From: Octopus vulgaris
Lineage: Eukaryota
Direction of reading: 5' to 3'
DNA length: 64,000 bases
Assembly: GCA_951406725.2 (NCBI GenBank)
Contig: OX597831.1
Location: 21,080,001-21,144,000, forward strand
Shown: positions 12,716 to 25,912 of the stretch, piece by piece
Position numbering within the stretch: position 1 is the first letter of the stretch
Layout of the letters: each line of letters opens with the position of its first letter
Program-made: the position numbers and the translations under genes
The notes under the pieces: generated by a model
What the model saw: only the letters and a program-made list of their open reading frames with translations
What the model was told of the DNA's origin: nothing
Database searches by the model: none

Positions 12716-14821
12716 TAGCACTGCTAACCACTACCCTAAAGTGCATGTAGCACTGCTAACCACTACCCTAAAGTGCATGTAGCACTGCTAACCACTACCC
12801 TAAAGTGCATGTAGCACTGCTAACCACTACCCTAAAGTGCATGTAGCACTGCTAACCACTACCCTCAAGTGCATGTGGCACTGCTAACCACTACCCTAAA
12901 GTGCATGTAGCACTGCTAACCACTACCCTAAAGTGCATGTAGCACTGCTAACCACTACCCTAAAGTGCATGTAGCACTGCTAACCACTACCCTAAAGTGC
13001 ATGTAGCACTGCTAACCACTACCCTAAAGTGCATGTGGCACTGCTAACCACTACCCTAAAGTGCATGTAGCACTGCTAACCACTACCCTAAAGTGCATGT
13101 AGCACTGCTAACCACTACCCCAAAGTGCATGTAGCACTGCTAACCACTACCCTAAAGTGCATGTAGCACTGCTAACCACTACCCTAAAGTGCATGTAGCA
13201 CTGCTAACCACTACCCCAAAGTGCATGTAGCACTGCTAACCACTACCCTAAAGTGCATGTAGCACTGCTAACCACTACCCTAAAGTGCATGTAGCACTGC
13301 TAACCACTACCCCAAAGTGCATGTAGCACTGCTAACCACTACCCCAAAATGCATGTAGCACTGCTAACCACTACCCTAAAGTGCATGTAGCACTGCTAAC
13401 CACTACCCCGAAGTGCATGTAGCACTGCTAACCACTACCCCAAAGTGCATGTAGCACTGCTAACCACTACCCCAAAGTGCATGTAGCACTGCTAACCACT
13501 ACCCCAAAATGCATGTAGCACTGCTAACCACTACCCTAAAGTGCATGTAGCACTGCTAACCACTACCCCAAAATGCATGTAGCACTGCTAACCACTACCC
13601 CAAAGTGCATGTAGCACTGCTAACCACTACCCTAAAGTGCATGTAGCACTGCTAACCACTACCCCAAAGTGCATGTAGCACTGCTAACCACTACCCCAAA
13701 GTGCATGTAGCACTGCTAACCACTACCCCAAAATGCATGTAGCACTGCTAACCACTACCCTAAAGTGCATGTAGCACTGCTAACCACTACCCTAAAGTGC
13801 ATGTAGCACTGCTAACCACTACCCTAAAGTGCATGTAGCACTGCTAACCACTACCCCAAAGTGCATGTAGCACTGCTAACCACTACCCTAAAGTGCATGT
13901 AGCACTGCTAACCACTACCCTAAAGTGCATGTAGCACTGCTAACCACTACCCCAAAGTGCATGTAGCACTGCTAACCACTACCCCAAAGTGCATGTAGCA
14001 CTGCTAACCACTACCCTAAAGTGCATGTAGCACTGCTAACCACTACCCTAAAGTGCATGTAGCACTGCTAACCACTACCCTAAAGTGCATGTAGCACTGC
14101 TAACCACTACCCTAAAGTGCATGTAGCACTGCTAACCACTACCCTAAAGTGCATGTAGCACTGCTAACCACTACCCCAAAGTGCATGTAGCACTGCTAAC
14201 CACTACCCCGAAGTGCATGTAGCACTGCTAACCACTACCCCAAAGTGCATGTAGCACTGCTAACCACTACCCTAAAGTGCATGTAGCACTGCTAACCACT
14301 ACCCCGAAGTGCATGTAGCACTGCTAACCACTACCCTAAAGTGCATGTAGCACTGCTAACCACTACCCCGAAGTGCATGTAGCACTGCTAACCACTACCC
14401 TAAAGTGCATGTAGCACTGCTAACCACTACCCTAAAGTGCATGTAGCACTGCTAACCACTACCCCGAAGTGCATGTAGCACTGCTAACCACTACCCTAAA
14501 GTGCATGTAGCACTGCTAACCACTACCCCGAAGTGCATGTAGCACTGCTAACCACTACCCCAAAGTGCATGTAGCACTGCTAACCACTACCCTAAAGTGC
14601 ATGTAGCACTGCTAACCACTACCCCGAAGTGCATGTAGCACTGCTAACCACTACCCTAAAGTGCATGTAGCACTGCTAACCACTACCCCGAAGTGCATGT
14701 AGCACTGCTAACCACTACCCCAAAGTGCATGTAGCACTGCTAACCACTACCCTAAAGTGCATGTAGCACTGCTAACCACTACCCCAAAGTGCATGTAGCA
14801 CTGCTAACCACTACCCCAAAA

Positions 14822-14826
<5 letters not shown>
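12716..14826. repeat. 32-bp minisatellite, about 66 copies, unit GTAGCACTGCTAACCACTACCC(T/C)(A/G)AAGTGCAT
   Basis: Exact 32-bp period, no spacers, variation almost confined to three positions. Confidence 0.98.
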
Positions 14827-14864
<38 letters not shown>

Positions 14865-14867
<3 letters not shown>

Positions 14868-14926
14868 AGTTCGTTTGTTTAACACCTGACTTCGTCTTTT
14901 GTCTATTTTCATAAAGCTTCCCGTTA
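14865..14926 (+). mobile_element. 3' fragment of the (TA)n-embedded element family
   Basis: tttgttt.acacctg..ttcgtcttttgt matches 33380-33425. Confidence 0.6.
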
Positions 14927-15107
14927 TATATATATGTATATATGCTCACTGCAACTGCCTTTATTATCAGCTACCAGCGACAGAAAGCATATAGTAATTT
15001 GGCCTGTATTTCATCTTTTGTCCATGCTAAATTACTGAATTCCGCTCTCTGTCTGTGCCTCTCTCCCTGACTCCTCCTCCTTCTCTCTCTCCTTCTCTGC
15101 CTCTGTA

Positions 15108-15205
<98 letters not shown>

Positions 15206-15469
15206 CATACATATTTCGCATAGGCATTGCGAGACTAAGAACGTGGTGTACACCTACATATACATATAATTCTCAACAATACTTTAGTTGAGTACAGAGC
15301 GGTATTATGAAAATGAGCCATGCTATTTTCCCATATATAAGTCAATATCATTAGAACAGAAATTTCTTCTTCCAAGTTTTATACAGTTAATCACATCTTT
15401 GTTTTTCAGGACCAGGACGTGTTGCTGCCGCAAGCCGATGCATATCTTTTACTCGTTTCCTGCATTAGA

Positions 15470-15715
15470 TTGAAACTAAGATGAGGCGTCGACAAGGCAG
15501 GTTTAGTGAAACAAAGCTATCACAGTACATTCCAGAGCCCGGTTCTTACTCTATCGGCCACTTTTAATGAACCGCTGATTTACGGGTACGTAACAACCCA
15601 GTACTGGTTGCCATGCGGTATAACGAGAGTCATATACAAACACAAACACATACACACACACATAAATATACAGAAAGTGTTTTATCAGGACTGCAATAGA
15701 AGACACTTGCGCAAG
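15470..15715 (-). mobile_element. Highly degraded SINE family B
   Basis: cttactctatcgg..acttt...gaaccgctg.tttacggg.acgtaa...aagacacttg.gcaag. Confidence 0.6.
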
Positions 15716-16341
15716 AATCTACTTATTTACGTCTGCGTCGGAATGAAATACCGCAAACTTTTGAGTTGCGCGTGCCAGTAATCCTTCCAACATCCAGCCT
15801 GATAATGTTCATTTAGAATACTGAACGTAGTTGACATTAATCTGATCAAGTTGGCATCGCTTAAATTGAGTTTGATACCTGCAATTAAAAACCATTAGCT
15901 GCAGTCATGCATTATTAATTAACTCTGCGTTTATGAACTTATACTCTAGCTTAGCAATTTTCTTTGTTCCTCTGTTGCACAATCCGCGCCAAATTATGTG
16001 AATGTATATATTAGGTAAAATCCACCTTTAAATTTACCTTTATGAGGTTGTATTCCTGATGGAGCCACTGTATACAAGATTTCAGGAAAAATCTCTTTCT
16101 TTTTTTCAGTTCCTTCTTTGATTAGGAGGGGGTACCCCAAAATAGCTGGAAACGTTCTCTATTGGACAAGCCTCTTGTAGTTGGGGCTTCCGTCGCTAAA
16201 TGCCACGTAATGCAACCCTCAGGCACCTATCTACCACTTCCTTTTTTTTGTTTTGCATCTTTGCGTCTTTGTTTTGCGTCTCTCTCTACATACATGCATA
16301 CATACATGCTTACATACATATACATATACATATACATCATG

Positions 16342-16404
<63 letters not shown>

Positions 16405-16496
16405 GGGAATATAATTCCAAAACTTGCAGGGAAAAATTCAATTTAACAATTTTAAATCAAATTTCACAATATATAATATATGTTTATAATTTAGAG

Positions 16497-16696
16497 GAAA
16501 AATCCTCTGTTAAACAATTCAATGACGAAAGATGTTATTCAAACCATATAGGAAAATATACTATAAAATAAAACCTTATTCTAAAAATCAATAAAGTAAA
16601 ATAAATAGTAAATAGTTAAGGTTTTTATAGTATATATTTTCTATATGGTGTGAATAAAATCTTTCATTATTGAATTGTTTAACAGAGGTTTTTTTC
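16497..16696. repeat. Inverted repeat, about 80-bp arms
   Basis: 16497-16578 is the imperfect reverse complement of 16617-16696. Confidence 0.85.
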
Positions 16697-16853
16697 TATC
16701 TATATATGTATCCGCACATATATGTGCTTATATCTAGGTGTATGTGTTTATACACACACACATATATATATATGCATACATATATATATATGTTATATAT
16801 TCATAAGCATAATTGTATATACATGTATATATTATATATACATATGCATATAG

Positions 16854-16904
<51 letters not shown>

Positions 16905-17225
16905 TATGCATATATATATATATATATATACATGTATACATGCATATACACATATATTTATGCATAAATATATATATGAAACAAACGACTGGGGATGTCT
17001 CAGACTACAGATCTGTATATCTACGAATATTAAGAGGAATAACAACGTCACCACCACCAGCAACAGCAGCTAAGCAACAGCAACAACAACAAAAACACCA
17101 CCGCCACCACCACCACCACCACCACCACCAATAATAATAATGATAATAGTTACTATTATTATAAATGTAATGATAATAATACCAATAACAACAATAATTT
17201 TAGTAATAACACTAATAATAATTAC

Positions 17226-17467
17226 GGAGATGTACTTGCATAGCAAGTGACCTGATCTGAGATCGTGTGCTGCAACGAAAACAATTGTAGTGTGGAAGGT
17301 GTTTATAAGCCATTTAAGAAACGCACAAAAGACGTTAGATTCACTTCAACATTTAAAGGTTGCGGTCTCAAAGCGATGAAAATTCTTTGGCAAATTAAAT
17401 TTAAATGTTGAAGTGAATCTAATGGTTTTTGTGTATTTCTTAAATGGCTTATAAACACCCTCCACTA
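17226..17467. mobile_element. Fold-back element with partial hammerhead-like motif in the spacer
   Basis: Arms 17288-17357 and 17400-17467; spacer GTTGC-GGTCTCAAA-GCGAT-GAAA-AT-TC. Confidence 0.75.
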
Positions 17468-17561
17468 ATAATAATGATGATGATATTGATGTGATGGTAT
17501 TGCGTTGATGTTGATAATAATTTCAAAAATAGAAATGATAATAATAATGATAATAATAATA

Positions 17562-17750
17562 ATCCTTTCTGCTATAGTCGCATGGAAGGAAATTTGGCGG
17601 AGGGGACTAGTCAATTACATCGACCCCAGTATTTCACTGGTACTTATTTCATCGACCCCGAAAGGATGAAAGGCAAAGTCAACCTTGGCGGAATTTAAAC
17701 TCAGAATGTAGCAGCAGACGAAATACTGTGTAGTATTTCAACCGGCGTGC
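17562..17750 (-). mobile_element. SINE family A, head-truncated
   Basis: atcgaccccgaaaggatgaaaggcaaagtc core. Confidence 0.85.
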
Positions 17751-17814
17751 ATGTGTGTGCTTGAGAGAAAAAACATGGTATCTTATTAAATATCATCTCT
17801 ATTATAGAATCAAT

Positions 17815-17975
17815 GGTTGTATGGGTGGTGGTGGTGGTATGGGTGGTGGTGGTATGGGTGGTGGTGGTATGGGTGGTGGTGGTATGGGTGGTGGTGGTAT
17901 GGGTGGTGGTGGTATGGGTGGTAGTGGTATGGGTGGTAGTGGTATGGGTGGTGGTATGGGTGGTGGTGGTATGTG
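17815..17975. repeat. (ATGGGTGGTGGTGGT)n 15-bp tandem repeat
   Basis: Directly visible, about 10 units. Confidence 0.95.
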
Positions 17976-18317
17976 TGGTGCTGGTGCTGGTGCTCGTGGC
18001 GCTGGTGGTGTTGAGGTGGTTGTGTTAGTGGCGGTGGGGTAAAGTAATAAAAAGTCAATAAAAAAAGAATGGGATGGGACAGAAAAAGTGAGGATAAGTG
18101 AAAAAATGAGGATGTAGAAGAAGAAGAAGAAGAAGAAGAAGAAGAAGAGCAAGAAGAAAGAGGAGAAGAATGATGATGGTGATGATAAATAAAAATAATA
18201 ATATACTTGTTATTACTCTTCTTCTTCTTCTTCTTCTTCTTCTTCTTCTTCTTCTTCTCCTCCATAATTCTATTCTTGTTATTCTTGTTTTTGGAGGTGG
18301 TGAGGATGGTGGTGATT

Positions 18318-18590
18318 TCGATATCGCTGTTGATAAAATCGTTGTTGACAGATAGTTACTAGCAGATCAGAGTATTGCCAAGGCAATGGGAAAGGAATTC
18401 GAATGCTATCAAGATTTGGAACGTATGCAATGAGCCTCGAGAATGAATGTTGCATTTACCAACTTCTTGAAGGACACAGAGAACTACTAGGAAAATTTGT
18501 AACTATCAGACGTTATTGAAAGTACACAATTTGCGGCCATATTTGGAACATCGGACGAGTCGAGATATTGTTGTGTTTCTAAAGCAGAAG
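18318..18590 (+). pseudogene. Degraded restriction-like endonuclease C-terminus of an R4/Dong-type element
   Basis: DIAV...ADQSIAK...CYQDL...LSDVIESTQFAAIFGT resembles the D-(X)n-KYxDL...LGT end of RLE elements. Confidence 0.5.
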
Positions 18591-18651
18591 AAGAAGAAGA
18601 TACACAGACGTCGATACCCCTGAAGTTCGAAACTGAACTGTTTCGCAATAA

Positions 18652-18986
<335 letters not shown>

Positions 18987-19480
18987 TATCATGTACATTG
19001 TTTTGTCTTGGTATAAAAGATGGGCTACAGCAAATATTCTGCTCAATACCACAGATTTGCTTGTCAGTTGTTTGACCTTAACCAGTTGAGCATGTCCTCT
19101 AGTGGCTGACGATATGTGCATCTCTGATCACGAGCAGAAGTAGTGGGGGAGCATCATAGCCATGTGTTGAGAGGGATTCTTTGGGGTTTGAATAATTCAC
19201 CTCTGGAAACATGGGTGGTTCTTTCAACATCCTTAAACAACCCTTATTCAGGGACAATTTGAGCGGGATGGGCTACTCAACCTGAATAAAATTCTAACTG
19301 GGCCCCACCTACAAGGTCATGTGCTGCTTATCTTGATATGAGATCACCATGTCGCGCACATATGGTTGTGATGCATGTGCCTGGTATACCCTTATCAGAC
19401 GGGTAGTCATGATGGGTATATTGGGCTTCGTGTATTTTACCCCAGTGTCACTTTGATGGCACGAACTGCTCTCTCACTCA
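18987..19480 (+). mobile_element. Non-coding retroelement in (TAA)n, 5'-truncated copy
   Basis: Homologous to 8370-8928 reversed; shorter at the 5' end, same 3' end. Confidence 0.8.
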
Positions 19481-19488
19481 ATAATAAC

Positions 19489-19534
<46 letters not shown>

Positions 19535-19554
19535 TTAAGGATGATGATAATAGA

Positions 19555-19958
19555 GCAAATATAAAGATCTTGAAATTTAGATATTAGTAAAATGTGGAAC
19601 CTGAAGACTAAAACAGTACCTGTTGTCATAGGTGCCCTGAGAATGATAGCAAAAGGAGCTGATTACTACCTAGCTCACATACCAGGAAACCCTAAAATGG
19701 CAGAGATTTAAAAGATAGTGCTCATGGGAACTGCTCATATCCTACGCAAAATACTTTCTATGTAATCTCAAGTTTTAAAACAAACATACTTTTCTTATGG
19801 TTTCTTAAACATTCTCTAGAACAACACTATGTACAAAACCAAATATATGGCACCCTAGGCATAACACCAACATGAACTTCCAGCTTGTCTCTTGAGGTCT
19901 CTGGGTGAGACTTGGCCCCAAATTGTACAAATGTAAAACAAAAGTCAAACATAAAATG

Positions 19959-19960
<2 letters not shown>
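19555..19960 (+). mobile_element. Dong/R4-type LINE 3' end (RLE C-terminus plus 3' UTR) in (TAA)n
   Basis: KYKDLEI*ISKMWNLKTKTVPVVIGAL...KIVLMGTAHILRKILSM*, UTR running into (TAA)n. Confidence 0.9.
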
Positions 19961-20002
<42 letters not shown>

Positions 20003-20003
<1 letters not shown>

Positions 20004-21990
20004 TCGCAGAGAATGAGTAAGCATCTGGAAGAAAATAACCCGTTTCCAGATGAGCAGTAGGGTTGCTGCAAGGGTTCATATGGCTGTCAAGATCAGCTAC
20101 TAATCAATAAAGTCATAACTGATAACAGCGATAGAAAGAAGAATGGTCTAAGTATGGCCTGGATCGATTACCGAAAGGTTTATGATAGTCTTCGACACAC
20201 ATGGATCCTAAAAGCATTAACCATGAACAAGGTCGCCCAAATAATCAGAAAATATATACAAAACATTCTATGAATAAATGGAAGACATTGCTAGAGCTCC
20301 AGACAAAAGAGGGTTTCATAAAATCCAAAGCAATCCCCATTAGAAGAGGAATATTCCAAGGAGACACGCTCTCTCCACTCCTTTTCTACTTGGGACTGAC
20401 ACCTTTATTTGGCATGCTAAACAGAACTGGATGCGCATACAACCGTTACGGCAAAACAATCAGCCATCTCTTCTATATGGAGGATCTATAACTGTAAGCT
20501 ACAAATAATAAAGAGCTGGAAACTTTACTACAGACAATACATGGACTTACCAAAAATTTGGCTTAGAAAAATGTACCAAAAAAGCAACATTGGAAAGAGA
20601 AAAACTGGTTAAGAGAAACAATATTAGATAAAGCAAATGAAATAAGACAATTAGACTAAAGCCATACAAATACTTAGGAATCAATGAATTAGATACGATA
20701 CAATACAAACAATTCAAAGAGAAGATAAGAAAAGAATACTATAGATGAGTTAAATTAATACTGACAACAGAGCTCAATGCGGAAAACAAGATAATAGGTA
20801 TCAACACTTTAGACATCCCAGCTACAATATACTTAACTGGACCATAAGTGAACTAATCAAAACAGACAGGAAAGCAAGAAAAATGACGGGATTTAGGATG
20901 CACCACTCAAATTCTGTCATAGAATGATTATATATACAACGTATAGAAGGAGATAGATGCCTTACACATTTACAAAAATATTACAAAATAACCAGCATAG
21001 GACTACAAAAATATCAACTTGAGAAGCAAGGGAAACTAATGCAAATAATCATAAAGCACGAACAAAACAAAAATCTGTTTTCAGCTTTTAAGGAAGTTGA
21101 CCAATACAAAAAAAATGTCATAGTACCTAACAACTATGAAGACAAAAAAGAGAGAACAAAAGCTGTAAAACAACTCAAATCCAAACAGCAACGGATCGGG
21201 ATAAAACGATGGCAAAAAAAGCACCTTCATGGCAAGAAAAAAATAGACAAAGTAAAATCCCAACAATGGTGAGAATCTCAAGACTCAAAGCCGAGGCTGA
21301 AATATTTTTAATTGCAACACAAGATCAAAGCCGCCCCACCGGAAATTACCAAAAGCATGTAAGGAAAAGAAATACAACTGCAAAAGATGCAGAGACGGAG
21401 AAGAAACAATATATTATATTGTCTCTGGCTATCTAGTCCTGGCTAAGTAGGAATATATTCACAGAAACGACAGAGATGGGATCTATATACACTGGAAGCT
21501 ATGCCAACAATATGGAATGACAGCATAAAAAAGATGGTATTGGCACGCGCCAGAAAAGGTCACAGAAAAGACCAATAGGCCGGATATAGTTGTCGGAGAT
21601 CATGAAGAAAAAATACTTTCTAATCGATGTATTAACACCTACTGATGGCAACGATTCTCTAAAAGAAATAGAGAAACTTTGAAAATACAAAGATCTGGAA
21701 ATAGAGATAACTCGAATGTGGAGTCTAAAAGCAGAAACAGTTTCCTATCATTGTGGGTGCATTGGATATTAAAAAATATTCAGACAAATACATAATAAAA
21801 ACACCATGACTAACAAGTATATATAACATACAAAACATAACACTACTAGGCACTTCTCACATCCTACGTAGAACACTTTCAATACAGTAAAAATAAGAGC
21901 ATCACAACAAACCACATCACATACCCAAGACACAGAGAGCTGCGCTTGAAAGTGCTGTGAAAGCACGTGTTAAAAATAAGACTACTGAAT
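20003..21990 (+). pseudogene. Dong/R4-clade retrotransposon RT-zinc knuckle-RLE, degraded, about 2 kb
   Basis: EQ*GCCKGSYGCQDQLLINK, AWIDYRKVYDS, RGIFQGDTLSPLLF, HLFYMEDL, YKYLG, RPDIVV, KYKDLEIEI, LGTSHILR. Confidence 0.92.
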
Positions 21991-22009
21991 AATAACAACC
22001 ACAACAATA

Positions 22010-22160
22010 ATAATAACATCGAAAAATACCATAGGGATGAGAACCCAGGTTCGAAATTTCCTCATGATGAAGGCTGCAGGGTATATGATGAAGACAAATA
22101 TCCGTCAAATGTAAATAATGTAAATAATGTACATAATTCCTCACTTCTTAAATATGGAAC
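22010..22160 (+). mobile_element. Short repeat body and tail with the 5' half of a hammerhead-like core
   Basis: TGATGAAGGCTG...GGGTATAT and tail AAATATCCGTCAAATGTAAATAATGTAAAT shared with 23125-23200. Confidence 0.65.
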
Positions 22161-23017
22161 TTCATTTCATGTTGCTCCAGTCTTGTAAACTACATACTGT
22201 AAAGCTAATTGTACAAACTAGTGACTGGTATATCTACGAGTACCAGCAACAGGCTGATATGAGCTTTACCATCCCATTGTTGCAGCATCTCTTTCTTTCC
22301 CGCCGGTTGTCAAATCGTAGATGTTCCACTTTGTCAAGATTATTATGACCATCAGTGAAGTGACAGCTTAACTTTTCTTACATGCTGGTGTATTTTCTGT
22401 TTACAAGAATGTAGTATTTGCACATTTGTAATTCTTAGCGAATTAGTCAAGGTGCATTCTCACCCACTTATCAACTACATTCCAACGGTAAGCAAGGTTT
22501 GCGTAGCACCACAATTATTTTGAACGATGATAGAATACTAGTGATGAAACGCTGCATAGTTGATAGTTCCAGGTATTCTGCAGATTTTATCTCTTCCTTA
22601 TAAAGGAAAATGTTTTTGTGGAAATAAATTTACGTATATGTGTTTACATTCACGCGTAGAACTTCAAAGGCATTTTTAACTCAATTCTGAAAAAGGTAAA
22701 ACTTCAATCAGCTATCTGCAATCTGTAAAACTGAAGCTTCGAACAGGTCTCAAAATAATATATATAACTCGCCAAATTCAAATTTGGGAGTTTTATAAGT
22801 AAACAATCTTGTAGATGAATTCTTTATTTATAAAAGTTTATCCTTGTAAAAATATAACGTATGGCCTGTTTTCCGAAATTTATTCATAATATCCTGACAC
22901 TGTAATATTTTAAACATATATACGTATAATATAATGCTCTGTTTACGGGAAGTACCACCACAACCATCGCCCTGGTAGCAAATAAATGAAATCCTTATTA
23001 TTATTATTATTATTTTT

Positions 23018-23200
23018 TTCAGGTCACTGCCTGGAATCGAACTAGGAATCTTGGGGTTAGTAGCCCGCGCTTTTAAGCACTACGCCATATGCCTGTGGGC
23101 ATATGACGTAGTGGTTAATTATATAAGAGGGTATATCAGCCGAAACGTGTTAACAAACAAGATGAGGAAAAATATCCGTCAAATGTAAATAATGTAAATG
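23018..23200. mobile_element. Head-to-head tRNA-derived heads fused to a hammerhead-like tail
   Basis: Minus-strand head GGCATATGGCGTAGTG...AGTTCGATTCC (23018-23093); plus-strand GGGCATATGACGTAGTGGTTAA from 23097, then GGGTATATCAGCCGAAACGT. Confidence 0.75.
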
Positions 23201-23739
23201 AAATGAAGTGACCTACCCAAGAACGCCATGTATCCTTCTGCCAAGGAATCGAATGTACGACCTGATGATTATCAGCCCAAAACTAGGACATGCACCTTCT
23301 GGCAGCGCATGCCTCAGCTTCTTTCTACAGGGCCTCAAATCTTGTTCAGATACAAAATCATAAATTTCTACCAAAAGAGCGACCTTCCGATAGGGGTCAG
23401 TCCTAAATCTATATGAGCTGGCGTCAGAGTGCAATGTTCTGGACCTCACGTTACACTATATCGATCATATGTTGATCACACCCTTTTGTTAACCAATTGA
23501 AGGGTCGAAGCCGTTGAACTGCACGAGACCATCAGAATTTTTCCGAATAAACATCATGATAGATATCGGACATCCGACAAAGACTGATTCCATAAGCATA
23601 ACCCTGTTTTTAAGGTGTCAGTTGATAGTATCGACTGCAATACTTGTTTCACTCTGGTACTCGTTTTACCGTTACATATTTGTCAGACCGCTAAGTCTCC
23701 CTTCTTGAGGTAGCGCTGGATATTGTTTTTGTAGATACC

Positions 23740-23971
23740 TATTTCTTTACTACCGACAAGGGGCTAAACACAGAGAGGACAAACAAGGACAGACAAAGGG
23801 ATTAAGTCGATTATATCGACCCCAGTACATAACTGGTACTTATTTAATCGACCCCGAAAGGATGAAAGGCAAAAGTTGACCTCGGCGGAATTTGAACTCA
23901 GAACATAGCGTCAGATGAAATACTGCTCAGTATTTCGCCCGGCGTGCTAACGTTTCTACCAGCACACTGCC
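23740..23971 (-). mobile_element. SINE family A, full length with 13-bp TSD
   Basis: TSD ttttgtagatacc at 23727-23739 and 23972-23984. Confidence 0.92.
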
Positions 23972-24333
23972 TTTTGTAGATACCGTGTTAGTTTACCGTG
24001 TTACCTTGCATAAAATTCAGTTACTCATACGTACACAAATGTAAACACTCATGCATTAATAAGTGTGTTTGTGTGTCTAATCTCCAGATGCGATCATATA
24101 TTAATATATAATGGAAAACTGGAAAAAGACAATGTAAATAGATTTTCAGTCGATTATTTTCCTACCGAACAAAACATCTTATAGAATAATTTCCAAAAAA
24201 AATCTCAAATGCTGACACAGGAAACAAATTGAGACTCATACGGGCATACATAGATATGAAGGCATACTTGCATACAGATGAAGACAAGCATCCACAATAT
24301 GTAAGGCGGCGAGCTGGCAGAAACGTTGGCACG

Positions 24334-24415
24334 TCATCAACATCATCATCGTCATCGTCGTCGTCGTCACCATCATCACCATCATCACCATCATCACCAT
24401 CATCACCGTCATCAC

Positions 24416-24447
<32 letters not shown>

Positions 24448-24495
24448 ACATCATCACTATCATCATCATCATCATCATCATCATCGTCGTCGTCG

Positions 24496-24529
<34 letters not shown>
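24334..24529. repeat. (CAT/CAC/CGT)n microsatellite preceded by an isolated SINE A head (24302-24333)
   Basis: Directly visible. Confidence 0.95.
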
Positions 24530-24646
24530 GATTGTTTAAAACAGTTTGATTCGACTCCATACATGCAACTCTTAATACATGTGCTGAGTGGTTCTTTCTT
24601 TCGTTTTCTCATCCACTCACTCTATCATGTACACATACACACACAC

Positions 24647-24687
<41 letters not shown>

Positions 24688-24799
24688 TATACATGTATAC
24701 ACACACATACACACACAGAGAAACATACACACACATACACATAATCATATACGCAAACATGGATGCACCATTATGCATATATATATATATGTTTCTCTC

Positions 24800-24837
<38 letters not shown>

Positions 24838-25641
24838 CAAAAAAAAGGTGGAGACAGAGAGAGAGTGAGAGAGAGGAGATAGAGGTGGGGAGAGAAATAA
24901 AGAAAGAAAGAGATATGTAAATAAACATGTGTGCGTGTGAACATGCAAAAAAGTTTGTTTCAACGTAAATGTTAGCGCCTGATTCTGTCAATATTATTAT
25001 TGTATTCTATCCAATTGAGAGCTCAATAAAAGAAATACAATGTGATAATACCCTATCATATTGCTGAATATTTTTAAGAATATCAGTAGAGGAAAATAAA
25101 CTTATATCAACATAACAATAGTTCTTGTAAAAGATGACAAGATCGATGGATTGTCAGTTCTGAAACCAAATTTCACGTCGTCTCATTGCGTGTCATTGAT
25201 AGCAGGTTCTGGCGTCATTTGAATATTTTACGCTCTCCCTTCAAAGGTAGAGTAGATTTGAATGTCGACTGTCTGTCTGTGTGTGTCTGTTTATCTGTGT
25301 GTCTGTGTGTCTCGCATCTGTCTGTCTGTCTATCAGTCTATATCTCTCTCTCACCTTCTCTACCGTACTCACAAACATGTCTATCTATCTCCCTATTGAT
25401 CGTTTTTTTCCTTTCCCTTTTACGATCCCTTTTGATCGAAAACCTACCCCACTTTTATTCTCTCCCAAAAAGAAAAGCTCTACTTTGTAATCTGTCCCCT
25501 CTGTGTGCAGCCCTGTGTGGCTAATAAAGAAACATATATATCTATACGTTATCTATCCATCCCTCAGTTTATGTATCTATGTATGTATTTGTACATCTGT
25601 CTATCTGTCTGTCTGTCCTCTGTCGGTTCTCCATCCATCAT

Positions 25642-25707
<66 letters not shown>

Positions 25708-25912
25708 CATCCATCCATCCATCCATCCATTCATCCATCCATCAATCCATCTCTCTCTCTCTCTATCTATCTATCCATCTATCTATTTAGCTATCTGTCT
25801 ATTTATCTGTCTGTCTATCTGCCTATCATCTATCTATCTAGCTGTCTGTCTGCCTACCTGCCTGCCTGCCTGCTTGCCTGTCTGTCTTCCTGTCTGCCTG
25901 TCTGTCTATCTA
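25642..25912. repeat. (TCTA/TCCA/TCTG)n compound microsatellite
   Basis: Directly visible. Confidence 0.95.

Noticed and set aside
12716-14826. CRISPR array
   Set aside because: Repeat length is CRISPR-like, but units are contiguous with no unique spacers, there are no cas genes, and the context is eukaryotic
12716-14826. Interstitial telomeric array
   Set aside because: Units contain CCCTAA and TAACCACTACCCTAA but no tandem (TTAGGG)n run; the 32-bp unit is complex
16126-16240. Mariner-like left terminus
   Set aside because: GAGGGGGTACCCCAAAA start is suggestive, but there is no partner TIR, TA site or transposase sequence
17755-18042. Gly/Met-rich protein (MGGGG repeats)
   Set aside because: Simple GGT-derived tandem repeat among other microsatellites, open in several frames, no supporting gene structure
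23018-23095. Functional tRNA gene (also 1842-1893, 2070-2146, 33690-33748)
   Set aside because: A and B boxes are present but there is no complete cloverleaf or acceptor stem; they are heads of repeats
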